From the IMG/VR virus record IMGVR_UViG_3300046507_000426: a DNA stretch of 43,059 nt. One strand, written 5' to 3'. Both the position numbers and the translations under genes were made by a program. Below are positions 24,164 through 34,267 of this stretch, in pieces. Each line of letters starts with the position of its first letter. The first letter of the stretch is position 1. The notes under the pieces were generated by a model. That model searched no databases, had not been told where the DNA came from, and saw only the letters and a list, made by a program, of their open reading frames with translations. Source of the DNA: a virus (taxonomy: Duplodnaviria; Heunggongvirae; Uroviricota; Caudoviricetes).

Positions 24164-26569
24164 ATGGCAAATTTCTACAGCGTTTTACCTGGGCTACAGC
24201 CCTCCCAACAAGACATCCTGCAAGCTGAACTTTTGGCGAAGCAAATCCTCGAAGCCGCATATCCCGACATGGACCTCCGTGAAGGTACTGGACTTCGAGA
24301 TTTGGTGCTTCGTCCTTCAGCAATGCTTCTTGCCGTCGTTCGTGCTGGCATCGATTATTACTTTGCCCAGAACACTATTCAAGGCGTTGATGATACGACG
24401 CCAACAAGCATCGTTGATGATATCCTAAGTAACTGGTTTATTACCCGTAACCTGGGAACCCGTGCTGTTATCAACGCACGTCTGTACTTTGCACGTCAGA
24501 AGAACGTATCTCTGACTACAGACATCTTCTTCTCGACAGATAACGTATCGAAGTTTTTCCCACAAACCCCTGTGACCTTCGCATCTGGTTCGCTTACTTA
24601 CGACGCATTCCAGAATGAATACTACGTCGACGTCGACCTTATCGCTGAAGCAGAAGGAACTCAGTACAATATCGGTTCTGGCTCGCTGCTGTATTTTTCA
24701 AACTTTGACCCATACTTCCTCCATGCTGAAATTAATTACCTGAAGGATAGTTCGGTTTCGTCTGAGACAAACGAAGAATTTATTACTCGTGCTCAAACTG
24801 CTATTTCTACGCGTAACCTGATCAATGATCCTTCGATTACAGCGAATCTGCAAAACAACTTTAACTATCTGAATCAGATCGTATCTATCGGTATGGGTGA
24901 TCCAGAAATGATCCGTGACCAAATCCAGGCCGTGTTCACTGGCCAGCTTCCGCAGCTCATTACCCAGCTTACCAGCTCAGGTACGACTGCGACTGCTACC
25001 TTGGCTAATCATGGTTATAATTCAGGTCAGACTGTAACAATTGCTGGGGGTGCTCCGACAACCTACAACGGTTCGTATACGATTACTGTAGTTGACACTT
25101 CGCATTTTACGTATCAGATGGCTACGGCTGCAACGAACGTAACTGTGCTTCCTACGGTTCAAGCTGTGAACTCCCCGTTGCTTATCCATAACGGCGGTAT
25201 GGTCGACGTCTACTGTGGCAATACGATTGCTTCGTCAGTTGTTCAGTTGACTACCGATGCTTTCGGCAATGCTGATCTTACCGGTGCAGTGTACTCATTC
25301 TCACGTAGCTCCGTGGCTGGTGGTAGCTCCGACGATACGATTCCTGTCAATGCTACGATCTCGGCTACTAGTGCAACGATTGCTGCTAGTTCAGGTCTTG
25401 TTCACGTATCTTCTGTTCAGCATGGTCTGTCTACTGGTCAAACTGTGATGGTTAGCGGAATCGCACAAACTCTGCCTATTACCTCGATTTCCTGTTCCGG
25501 TATTACTGTGACCGTGGTTTCGGCTGGACATGGCTTGACTAATGGCACATCAGTAACTATCTCTGGCGTGACCCCAACTACGTACAATGGAACTTATACG
25601 ATAACAGTTATCGACGCTAATACGTTCATTTACTTCGTAGCCTTCAACATCGCAAGTGCAGGTACTGGCGCTCCAATGCTGATCGGTAACCCGAGTATTA
25701 GCGGAACGTTCAGCGTCAATGTAACCAGCGCTAATGCATTTGATATTGTTATGCCTGGACTTTGGACAAGTGGATCGGTTACGACTACGAATGCGGCAGT
25801 GATTCAATATGCTGTTCCATACACGGTTACTAACAAGTACACACAGAGCCAACTTATCTCTGCGATGACTTGCAGCGGAACTACCGTTACTGTGACTGTT
25901 CCTAACCACGGCATTACTTCTAACCGGTACGTAACTATTACTGGCGCAACGACTGCCGCCTTTAATGGAACGTGGCTTATTTCTAACGCCCTGAATAAGG
26001 ATCAATTTCAGTTCACGGTTCCCGCTACGATCAGTGGATCGGCAGGTAATAATGCAGTTGTTAACTCGGTTATTCCTTGGAACGATTATGGTTTCAGCTC
26101 ACGTCAAGACTTGGTAATCAGCTTTGGTTCTCTATATGCAAACCAGACAGCCAGCTTCACGATTAACTATTTTGACAACGTGGATAGCGTGCAAAGCTAT
26201 CTGGAGAACTCAACCAATCGTGTTCTTTGTGGAGATTTGCTTGCCAGGGGCTTTAACTTCTATTTGCTTGACCTTACTGTTACGGCATATAATGGCACAA
26301 CTCCAGATGCAACGGTAATTACTGATATTGTAAAGACGTTCCTGACTGCGATGAATCCAGGCGATACGCTTATTGTTTCTAACCTGACTTCATCGCTGAA
26401 TACGGCGGGAATTACCAATATCAAAACACCGATTGGTATTAACTACACGCACTTTACACGTGACCTGATTACTCCTACGACCGGCTCGATTACTGACTTT
26501 CTTGATCCGAATGATAGAACTAACATCTTTATACTGAACACAGTAACAACTAATAACCAAACTGTTTAA
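24164..26569 (+). CDS. Baseplate J-like wedge protein with four inserted beta-barrel repeats
   Basis: DLREGTGLRDL, AEAEGTQYNI, ETNEEFITRA, GGMVDVY baseplate-J motifs; HG-x2-G/N-x2-V-x-[IV]-x-G...NG repeats. Confidence 0.8.
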   Translation: MANFYSVLPGLQPSQQDILQAELLAKQILEAAYPDMDLREGTGLRDLVLRPSAMLLAVVRAGIDYYFAQNTIQGVDDTTPTSIVDDILSNWFITRNLGTRAVINARLYFARQKNVSLTTDIFFSTDNVSKFFPQTPVTFASGSLTYDAFQNEYYVDVDLIAEAEGTQYNIGSGSLLYFSNFDPYFLHAEINYLKDSSVSSETNEEFITRAQTAISTRNLINDPSITANLQNNFNYLNQIVSIGMGDPEMIRDQIQAVFTGQLPQLITQLTSSGTTATATLANHGYNSGQTVTIAGGAPTTYNGSYTITVVDTSHFTYQMATAATNVTVLPTVQAVNSPLLIHNGGMVDVYCGNTIASSVVQLTTDAFGNADLTGAVYSFSRSSVAGGSSDDTIPVNATISATSATIAASSGLVHVSSVQHGLSTGQTVMVSGIAQTLPITSISCSGITVTVVSAGHGLTNGTSVTISGVTPTTYNGTYTITVIDANTFIYFVAFNIASAGTGAPMLIGNPSISGTFSVNVTSANAFDIVMPGLWTSGSVTTTNAAVIQYAVPYTVTNKYTQSQLISAMTCSGTTVTVTVPNHGITSNRYVTITGATTAAFNGTWLISNALNKDQFQFTVPATISGSAGNNAVVNSVIPWNDYGFSSRQDLVISFGSLYANQTASFTINYFDNVDSVQSYLENSTNRVLCGDLLARGFNFYLLDLTVTAYNGTTPDATVITDIVKTFLTAMNPGDTLIVSNLTSSLNTAGITNIKTPIGINYTHFTRDLITPTTGSITDFLDPNDRTNIFILNTVTTNNQTV

Positions 26570-26571
26570 AC

Positions 26572-28773
26572 ATGACTCGTGCTAACTTCACAGAAAATGG
26601 TCTGAATATCGGCCAGAACCAGACGAACATGACATACCTCTATGGGTTGTCAGACTTCTTCTCGGTTTTGTTCCAGGATACAGACAGACTTAACCTGATC
26701 CTTGAAGCTGGCACAGAGGGCGCTGCAGAGGCTTACAGTAGGTTCCTGCAGCTTACCTCTACTATCAGTCTCGAAACGATCCAAGAGACTACTGGCTCGT
26801 CTATAGAGCTTGTTATCCTTTCTGCTTCCTCAGCAGTGCAAGGACAAGTAAACCTATACACTCTACCCAAAACAATCGTCGATAGTCGGTTCATCGCTAA
26901 CCGCCCGTTCCTCCCAACCAAACTCCTGGAAGAGAATGTTGACTATCGTCTGGAGCTTGCAACTGACGGCACAGTGAATGTTCGCTTTGCTGCTGACATC
27001 TCTACGATGGGCTTTTCTACAAACACTGATATTAATGGTGTCAAGCAATACGCTATGTGGTTTGTGGATGCTGCGATTGACGAAAGGCTTATTTCTACGA
27101 TGTACGGTAATCTCATTGGCGTTGCTCCTGAGAATTCTACCGACACGTTCTACAATTTCGTCTTCGGCCTTTATTACGTCTACGTAAATGGGCCAACACT
27201 TGACTTGGTTCGTAAAGGTCTAAACCTTGTTTTAGGTATGCCTCTGGCTCGTGCAGACGAGACAGTTCTCGACGTTCGTAACTATTTGCAGACTGACGAG
27301 TATATCGTTATTACTGACCAGAACCAGTACGTGATTCCGTTTGGCATTCAGCCAACTGTGAATCCAGGCGATAGCATCGTAACAGGTCAGGAACTTGCGC
27401 AATGGGTCGAGATCCAGGACTATCTGAGCGATGGAGAATGGTGGATTAACCTTCAAATTCCGGCCTCAGTTATCCCCCAACTTCCTGCTGGTCAAAAAGA
27501 CAGATACGCTACTACTGGTAGTCACTTTGATTACCTGATGCAGAACTATCTGAAGAAACACACGTTCCTGGTTAACGTGAAGGTTGATTCGTTCAAGAAC
27601 ATTCAAACCTTCCAGCAGTTGTCTGACATCATTAACAAAGTCAAGCCTACCTACACGCAGCCAATTTACGTGTGGTCTGTGACCTCGATAGAAGAAGACC
27701 TTACGTTGACTGATGATTTGGCTACGTACCGTGTCGATCCAAGTCGTTGCGAAAAAATTCAATGGCCTATTGCCCGTTTCCACAGAGATAATACTACTGA
27801 CCCTATCATGCGTGGTTGCCCGACATTCTTACGTTCAAACGTTCCGATGTGGGTTACGAAAGTGCTTGGTACAGATCCGCTTATCAATGGTACGCCTTTG
27901 ACTGCTAACAGTGGAAGCGTGGTTGGATACATCAACCCTCAAGCACAGTTTCGTGCCAATACCGCCATTGAAACAGGTTGGCTTACTGCAATGATGCAGC
28001 GTAACCATGATCAGATTCATGTGCGCAGAAACATGGTTGGCTTTAATCGTTCAACAGGCGATGTGTCTCTATCTAACGGCAAAGCTGTGTCGTGGTATGC
28101 GCAACCTGCTGGAATGAAAGTAATTCCCCTCTACATCACCAAGCAATACGATGTAGCGAACAAATGTATTAATACCGGTTCGGATGTACCGCCATTAGCG
28201 CAATGGGTTTTCAAGCTGTTCGATCCTTCATCAGGGTCTCAGGCTATTAACACCTTCGCGGTTAATGACAGCGGTACATCAAATACTATCAGCCCGTTGG
28301 CTACGTATTTCAACCAGCTATTTTTTAGAGACCCCGCAGTGGGATACCTGGGGGCGCTTATTTCAGAATTAGGTATGCAATCAACGTATGCCCCTACTGC
28401 TGCTGATATTACCGTAGCAGATTATCTGCTTGGAGTTCGTATTCTAGAAGATACAGTTGGAATCTACTGGGTAACGGCTAATCAGGATGTAGTTGCACCG
28501 CAGTACTTCCCAGTTGCGGAAATGGATAGCGCTATTATTACTTATGGAATGCCTTTGACTAGAGGGCATTCCGGTATTGGCACGTCTATCTATACGCTTC
28601 GTGGGCGCGGTGACTTGGGCTATAATAATGTAGTCAGTGACATTAATGCGGCTGCTATCGAGAATTCGACAGGCGACGTTATTGTTCCAAATACTTACAC
28701 TGATAAATATAATTCAAACGTGACCATTACTCGTGGTGGCACGGTTATTACTCACGCACAAGAACTACTATGA
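26572..28773 (+). CDS. Baseplate wedge protein (partner of baseplate J-like protein)
   Basis: 733 aa; FGNLIG-like and GPTLDLVRKGLNLVLGMP segments; position. Confidence 0.55.
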   Translation: MTRANFTENGLNIGQNQTNMTYLYGLSDFFSVLFQDTDRLNLILEAGTEGAAEAYSRFLQLTSTISLETIQETTGSSIELVILSASSAVQGQVNLYTLPKTIVDSRFIANRPFLPTKLLEENVDYRLELATDGTVNVRFAADISTMGFSTNTDINGVKQYAMWFVDAAIDERLISTMYGNLIGVAPENSTDTFYNFVFGLYYVYVNGPTLDLVRKGLNLVLGMPLARADETVLDVRNYLQTDEYIVITDQNQYVIPFGIQPTVNPGDSIVTGQELAQWVEIQDYLSDGEWWINLQIPASVIPQLPAGQKDRYATTGSHFDYLMQNYLKKHTFLVNVKVDSFKNIQTFQQLSDIINKVKPTYTQPIYVWSVTSIEEDLTLTDDLATYRVDPSRCEKIQWPIARFHRDNTTDPIMRGCPTFLRSNVPMWVTKVLGTDPLINGTPLTANSGSVVGYINPQAQFRANTAIETGWLTAMMQRNHDQIHVRRNMVGFNRSTGDVSLSNGKAVSWYAQPAGMKVIPLYITKQYDVANKCINTGSDVPPLAQWVFKLFDPSSGSQAINTFAVNDSGTSNTISPLATYFNQLFFRDPAVGYLGALISELGMQSTYAPTAADITVADYLLGVRILEDTVGIYWVTANQDVVAPQYFPVAEMDSAIITYGMPLTRGHSGIGTSIYTLRGRGDLGYNNVVSDINAAAIENSTGDVIVPNTYTDKYNSNVTITRGGTVITHAQELL

Positions 28774-29279
28774 CAGATTTTTTGAAACGAATTTTTAAAG
28801 GCTTGAAGTTCCGTAACACTATGGAACTCGAAGGGGTTCTTAAGGCAGAGCTAGTATACCCAGATGGACGCAGGGAACTCGCTTTTGAAGAAAAAAATCT
28901 TATCGTGCTAACGGCCAAGCAAGTTCTTTTGAGTAGTTTGTACGTTGCTAATCAACTTTCAGATCCTATTATCAATTTGAACATTGGCACTGGCGGATGT
29001 ATTGACCCTCAAGGTCTCTTCCCGAAGCCTATTAGCCAAGCTATGACTTCGCTGTTCACTCCGCTACTGAGTGTTCCTACTTCATTTACGATTAATAGCG
29101 CTGCACCCTCAGTTACGTTTATCGCCGATGTGGACCAGGGTACAGCTAATGGACAGCTCATTACTGAAGCAGGGCTTTTCAAGGCAAGTGGGAATATGTT
29201 TAACATCAAGACGTTTCCTGGTATTCCAAAAACGTCTGAATTTTCCATACATTTTGAATGGACCATACAAATGTCATGA
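28770..29279 (+). CDS. Baseplate/tail-fibre attachment (tail-collar-like) protein
   Basis: NLIV..AK, IGTG, ITEAGLF motifs; ATGA overlap with upstream gene. Confidence 0.55.
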   Translation: MTDFLKRIFKGLKFRNTMELEGVLKAELVYPDGRRELAFEEKNLIVLTAKQVLLSSLYVANQLSDPIINLNIGTGGCIDPQGLFPKPISQAMTSLFTPLLSVPTSFTINSAAPSVTFIADVDQGTANGQLITEAGLFKASGNMFNIKTFPGIPKTSEFSIHFEWTIQMS

Positions 29280-29804
29280 TTTAACGCGAGGTTTGTATTT
29301 CCCCCTAGGACCTCTGGCTGCTACAGAAGCGGCCATTTTTTCACTAGGATTATACTTTCCCCGCTTAGCTCTAGGTGGTGCGTCAGCGTGATATTTCTTT
29401 GCAGATTCTGACATTTTTGCTCTTTGTTCAGCTGGTATAGTTTTGCCCTTTTGAGCCTTAGACATATTTAGCCTAGCCTGATCGGAAACCACTCTTCCTT
29501 TCATAGACTCCGAGTGTCGTTTTCTAAGCCATGCAAAAGACTTGTTATTGTTTCTGTATCCAAAGGGGTTTACTGACATAGCTATTGCTGCTTTAATAAG
29601 CCCTGATTCTTCTGGGTAAATTTTTACAAGCAATTGGTGGGCTAGATAGTGTTCTTCTGCAGTAAGTTTTACAAGATTTTCATCGTTGTTTGTACCGCCC
29701 AGACACCGAGGTAAGATATGATGAACTTCGAAATAGATGTCTTCTCCTAGATTTCTGGTGGAAGCCTTTAAAATCAAAGTATCGTAGATAAGTTTGTAAT
29801 TCAT
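29274..29804 (-). CDS. Free-standing HNH endonuclease with NUMOD3-like DNA-binding tail, antisense to structural operon
   Basis: EVHHILPRCLGGTNNDENLVKLTAEEHYLAHQLL; VSDQARLNMSKAQKGK...EQRAKMSES repeats. Confidence 0.9.
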   Translation of the reverse strand: MNYKLIYDTLILKASTRNLGEDIYFEVHHILPRCLGGTNNDENLVKLTAEEHYLAHQLLVKIYPEESGLIKAAIAMSVNPFGYRNNNKSFAWLRKRHSESMKGRVVSDQARLNMSKAQKGKTIPAEQRAKMSESAKKYHADAPPRAKRGKYNPSEKMAASVAARGPRGKYKPRVKS

Positions 29805-29858
29805 GAGCGAGAGTTCGAAGCTTTTTGTCTATTCTAACTCAAATCTAATATATTCACA

Positions 29859-30224
29859 ATGACAACTTCACAGCTACAAATAACAACGACTCTGGATGGA
29901 GATCAATACACGATAACTGCACAGATTCTTCCAGGAGGATCGTTGCCTCAAGATATTTTTCTCTTCAGTAATACAGGTACTAGCGAGCTTGGTGATTATT
30001 GGGGTGTTGCTAATACTGATGAATTAACGCGGTTTCAAGTTTGGAATGGCGTTGCTATACCTAAGTTTGGCAATTCATTCGTGCGATACTCTTCAGCTAA
30101 AATTACACTGAACGTTCAAGAAGATGCTGCATCTGTAATCCAGACCATCACTAATGGCGTAACGAATCTAAGCGCTGCATTAAAACTTGCGGCTAGCTCT
30201 ACTCAAGTAATAATTATCCCATGA
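29859..30224 (+). CDS. Hypothetical virion structural protein
   Basis: 121-aa ORF overlapping next gene (ATGA). Confidence 0.6.
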   Translation: MTTSQLQITTTLDGDQYTITAQILPGGSLPQDIFLFSNTGTSELGDYWGVANTDELTRFQVWNGVAIPKFGNSFVRYSSAKITLNVQEDAASVIQTITNGVTNLSAALKLAASSTQVIIIP

Positions 30225-31000
30225 CCACTAGCACAAGACTTTATGCTAATAATGCCAAGACAACCCTGGCTTCATCGGTTCAACCAACTGATACGACAAT
30301 CCAGGTTGCTAATGCATCGCTTTTCCCGAATCCGGCAGCGGGTCAACATTTCTTTGTAACCATTGATACTGGCTCGACTTACGAAATCATCAAGGTCCTT
30401 GGTGTTAGCGGAAACAGTTTCATTAACTGTGTTCGTGGTCAAGAAAGTACTGTAGCCGGTACATATCAAGCTTCGACCAGAATTGAGCTTCGTGTAACAG
30501 CAGGTAACTATTCCTCGTTTGCACGACTGCAGGATCGTGTGGCTCCTATCGGTAGCCTTGATCTTCTGTCAGCTCCTGGCGCTTCCGATTCTAACAGTTA
30601 CGTTACAGGCACGACTGATGACGGTGGTAACTCCATTCTTGCATATACGAATGGCACATCGGGAATCTGGAACTTTACGAATTATCCGACGACCCTTACG
30701 TCAGGAACACTGGCAGCTACGGGTACGACTACATCGATGTCGATTACCAACGCTTCTACGATTTTGAATCAACCGTTCTCCGGTAAGTACATCGTTCAGT
30801 TTATTACTGGTGCTAACGCAGGGCTTGTACGTGCCGTTACTTCAGTATCGGGCAATACGATAAACTGGGCTACAACATTGCCTAACGTCCCGGCTGCATC
30901 CGACGGATATCAAATTTATCAAAGCGAAGTATCGAACCTCAACGCTTTGAACATTGCTGCAAACAACGGACTGATTTACGCAATTCTACTTGGTTCATAA
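30221..31000 (+). CDS. Tail/fibre-associated structural protein
   Basis: ANNAKTTLAS...EIIKV...RGQE.T.A...IELRVTAG motif common in phage tail proteins. Confidence 0.6.
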   Translation: MTTSTRLYANNAKTTLASSVQPTDTTIQVANASLFPNPAAGQHFFVTIDTGSTYEIIKVLGVSGNSFINCVRGQESTVAGTYQASTRIELRVTAGNYSSFARLQDRVAPIGSLDLLSAPGASDSNSYVTGTTDDGGNSILAYTNGTSGIWNFTNYPTTLTSGTLAATGTTTSMSITNASTILNQPFSGKYIVQFITGANAGLVRAVTSVSGNTINWATTLPNVPAASDGYQIYQSEVSNLNALNIAANNGLIYAILLGS

Positions 31001-31004
31001 TTAA

Positions 31005-31334
31005 ATGGCACAGAATTTTAAACACTCAACAAATGGTCTTACCGTAGGCACTTCACGTACTCTGGTTTATGGCCCGGTTCCTAACGGTACAACTGGCATC
31101 GTATTCAGCGGCACGTTCCCGAATATCGACGGTACTAACCATAATATGCACTATCTGACTCTTGAAAAGTTCGATGGTACGACTTACAACACTGAACTTA
31201 ATTCCATCCCTATTCCTTGGGGCGGTGCTTCTAAAGCTCCTAAAATCGTATTGAACGCGGGAGAATCACTCTACGCTACGGCTGACGTAGCAGCAATGAT
31301 TGGTGTAAGTCTTAGCGTTCTTGAACTTTCATAA
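31005..31334 (+). CDS. Small beta-rich virion protein
   Basis: 109 aa; KIVLNAGESLYA C-terminal motif. Confidence 0.55.
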   Translation: MAQNFKHSTNGLTVGTSRTLVYGPVPNGTTGIVFSGTFPNIDGTNHNMHYLTLEKFDGTTYNTELNSIPIPWGGASKAPKIVLNAGESLYATADVAAMIGVSLSVLELS

Positions 31335-31345
31335 TAAGGTAAAAC

Positions 31346-32623
31346 ATGGCAGTCGATTTGGAATATTACGGCGTACCAGCAGCGGACTATCGGGAACAGG
31401 AAAACCGTACTCGTCTAACTGCGTCTGCTGGCCAAACAACTTTTTCAGCTCCCTACTCAGTAGGTTACGTTGATGTATATTTCAACGGGGCTAAACTCGA
31501 CCCATTTACTGAGTTTACTGGTACTGACGGTGCCAATATCGTCTTGGCTTCAGCAGCGTCTGTTGGGGATATCGTTGAAGTTATTTCTCGTGCTCAAGTC
31601 CAGCTTGCTAACGTCTATACGCAGCAACAAGTCAACGCGCTTCTAGTTCCTTACTTCGGTGTTTCAACAGGTACGGGCGATGCTCAGATCGTTGTTACGA
31701 CTCCGACATTTACATCGTTCGTAGATGGTATGGATATCAAGGTTCGTACGATTGCTGCAAATACAATTACAGCTCCTACAGTTACGTTGAATGGTCTAGC
31801 ACCTAAAACTATCGTGTCTAATGCTGGTGGCAATGCTTTGCTTGGGGGAGACTGGTTTGTTAATAGCGAAATCACTTTGCGCTATAATCAAACCCTTGAT
31901 AAAATGGTGCTCGTTGACGGTATGGCTAATGCTCTGCCACAAAACCAGTTTAACAACTCAAATAGATACGCTACAACTGGGTTTGTGCAACGTGCGCTTG
32001 GTAATTTTCAAACAGTCTCAGTGATAACCAATCCAACTACACTTACCCAAAGTCAAACTGGATCTTTTCTTGAAATTGGAGGCACATTTACATCGGGTAC
32101 CATTACGTTACCAGCTCCCACCTCCAATGTAGGGACTACATATACTTTTTATAATGCTGTTGCTGGATCAAACGTTACTTTATCTACTCCGTCAGGGCTA
32201 ATCTATTGTGCAAATACGGGAACTTCTACTTATTCCCTGATATCAGGAGCATCTATTCAATTGGTATGTGATGGTGCTAGTTGGTTAATTTTATCAGGAC
32301 AAAGTGCAGCATTAGTAACTGCATCTAATGGATATCAAAGATTCCCTAGCGGATATATCAGACAATGGGGTTTTGGAACTCTTCCCGCGAGTGGTACCAA
32401 CGTAGCCTCAGTCGCAGTCTCATTTCCGGTATCTTTTCCGGGCGGCATAAAATCAATCGTTTGCACTGCAGTAGGAACTGCTAATAGCAGCGCTGGGTAC
32501 AGTCCTATTATGAGGGCTTCAAGTGGAACTACTAACGGATTTACAGCTTCTGGGGATTTGAATGGTTCCGCTACAACTTTTAACCAGACGTGTCTTTTCT
32601 ATTGGCAAGCAGACGGAAATTAA
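31346..32623 (+). CDS. Tail fibre protein 1 with gp53-like C-terminal domain
   Basis: ASAGQTTF...DVYFNG N-domain; QFNNSNRYATTGFVQRALGN; NGYQRFPSGYIRQWG...W.A.GN C-terminus. Confidence 0.85.
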   Translation: MAVDLEYYGVPAADYREQENRTRLTASAGQTTFSAPYSVGYVDVYFNGAKLDPFTEFTGTDGANIVLASAASVGDIVEVISRAQVQLANVYTQQQVNALLVPYFGVSTGTGDAQIVVTTPTFTSFVDGMDIKVRTIAANTITAPTVTLNGLAPKTIVSNAGGNALLGGDWFVNSEITLRYNQTLDKMVLVDGMANALPQNQFNNSNRYATTGFVQRALGNFQTVSVITNPTTLTQSQTGSFLEIGGTFTSGTITLPAPTSNVGTTYTFYNAVAGSNVTLSTPSGLIYCANTGTSTYSLISGASIQLVCDGASWLILSGQSAALVTASNGYQRFPSGYIRQWGFGTLPASGTNVASVAVSFPVSFPGGIKSIVCTAVGTANSSAGYSPIMRASSGTTNGFTASGDLNGSATTFNQTCLFYWQADGN

Positions 32624-32668
32624 AATGGATAATATCCATATTGAATGTAATAAATTAAGGCAAACAAA

Positions 32669-33265
32669 ATGACAATGTTTTACTCGCAGTCAACCCATGG
32701 ATTCTACGATAGTGGCATTCACGTTGGTAATCAAATCCCTCACGATGCAGTAGAAATTACTGTAGAAGAGTGGCAAGCTCTGCTTGAAGGTCAAGCTTCT
32801 GGCCAAGTTATTAGTGCTGACGCAAACGGTAATCCCGTTCTTGTAACCCCTGCTGGACCTACTCTTTCGCAAGCCCAGGATTCAGGTCTTAAACAAATTG
32901 ACATTGAAGCCGAAGCTCTGCGCGGTGTTTACATCACAGCTAACTCCGGTCAAGTGGCTACGTATATTCTGAAATACAATGAAGCTACAGCATTTAAGAC
33001 TGCTGGTTATACCGGCGATGTTCCGGGGTTAGTCCAGGCAGAAGTTGCTGCTATCGGCGGTACAGCCCAAGCTGCTGCTGACTCGATCCTTGCTCAATAC
33101 GCAGCTTGGACTGCGCTTGCAGCTTCTATCGAGACAGTTCGTCGCACGGCTAAGGTTGCAGTGAATGCAGCTACGACTACCGCAGCAGTAACCGCAGCTG
33201 TTACGGCAGCTACGACTGGCTTTACAGCTATTCAAAATGCAGCAGGGGCTGCTTCTTCTAACTAA
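32669..33265 (+). CDS. Tail fibre assembly chaperone
   Basis: MFYSQSTHGFY...IPHDAVEIT.EEWQALLEGQ...NG.PVL motif; directly after fibre gene. Confidence 0.8.
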   Translation: MTMFYSQSTHGFYDSGIHVGNQIPHDAVEITVEEWQALLEGQASGQVISADANGNPVLVTPAGPTLSQAQDSGLKQIDIEAEALRGVYITANSGQVATYILKYNEATAFKTAGYTGDVPGLVQAEVAAIGGTAQAAADSILAQYAAWTALAASIETVRRTAKVAVNAATTTAAVTAAVTAATTGFTAIQNAAGAASSN

Positions 33266-33790
33266 TTGGAGTTTTTCTTGAAGTACGATGATATTCGTAA
33301 TCAGATTAAAACCGGGGACCTTATCGGAGTGAAACGCCGCTCCGGTATTTTCCCTATTGCAACACGTATCGTAACCAATAGCCCATATACACATACAGGT
33401 ATTGCTATTTGGTCGGGCGGTCGTCTTCTATTGGCTCAAACCAATGCTGGTGGCTGTAACCTCGCACCGCTTTCACAAGAAGCAGTCTACGACTTTGACG
33501 TGTTCGATTGTCCTGTAAACAGGGACACTTGCGAAAGCGTAATCTGGAGTGAACTTGGAACAAGTATTGCGTATGGTTTTATGGACTGTGTACGCATCTT
33601 TGGTTACAAAGTGTTTGGCATTCCTCTACCTAAAACAGATGGCTCCGATCTAGTATGCAGCGCATTATCAGCTACAATATATAAGAAAGCCGGTTGGGTT
33701 CCCGTAGGATTACCGTCCATTCCGTGGCCTGGCGCTGTTACTGATCAGTTACAAACTGTAAAGAAATTCGAAGTATTGGCTTCGGCATAA
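33266..33790 (+). CDS. Permuted papain-like (YiiX/YebB-type NlpC/P60) enzyme
   Basis: KTGDLI...SPYTHTGI (His) precedes LVCSAL (Cys); TTG start uncertain. Confidence 0.7.
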   Translation: MEFFLKYDDIRNQIKTGDLIGVKRRSGIFPIATRIVTNSPYTHTGIAIWSGGRLLLAQTNAGGCNLAPLSQEAVYDFDVFDCPVNRDTCESVIWSELGTSIAYGFMDCVRIFGYKVFGIPLPKTDGSDLVCSALSATIYKKAGWVPVGLPSIPWPGAVTDQLQTVKKFEVLASA

Positions 33791-33814
33791 ACGCTAAATT
33801 ATTAGGAGAATATA

Positions 33815-34267
33815 ATGGCTGAGCCAGTTACAACATCTGCTGGTGCAATTTTTACTATTGCAAAAGCATGGACCATCTTAGCAGGTGTGTTCGGTTCAGT
33901 TGTTCCTATTCTTGCATTAAGCGATCAAAATAAAACCAGCTTCAAAAACGCTCTTTTTATGGCTATCGTTGGATCCTCGTTTGCTATTTTTATGGGTCCG
34001 TGGATAGCTGATAATGCTAATGTGCATTCTACAGAAGGTGTCGTAGCTCTTTCCTGGGCTCTCGGAGCCATTGGAGTGTATGTCATCAGGGCTGTCCTTA
34101 AATGGCTAGACAAAAGAGGCGAAGAAGCAGTTGATCAGCTTATGCAGAAGGTTACTCGTGGTGCATATGAAGGTTCTGAACGCGGTGCTCGTGTAGAAGT
34201 CATCGTTGAAGACCGTCGTTCAGAAGCACACACTTACGAAGGACCGAATTCTTCTGAGGAAAAATAA
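33815..34267 (+). CDS. Holin-like membrane protein (3 predicted TM helices, charged C-terminus)
   Basis: Three hydrophobic segments and KWLDKRGEE... tail; AGGAG RBS. Confidence 0.6.
   Translation: MAEPVTTSAGAIFTIAKAWTILAGVFGSVVPILALSDQNKTSFKNALFMAIVGSSFAIFMGPWIADNANVHSTEGVVALSWALGAIGVYVIRAVLKWLDKRGEEAVDQLMQKVTRGAYEGSERGARVEVIVEDRRSEAHTYEGPNSSEEK

Noticed and set aside
24956-26023. Repeats in baseplate J resemble the domain often auto-annotated as ubiquitin-activating enzyme E1 FCCH, tempting a link to the Ubl island
   Set aside because: This small beta-barrel is common in phage structural proteins and has no adenylation or catalytic Cys motifs here; no evidence of a functional link
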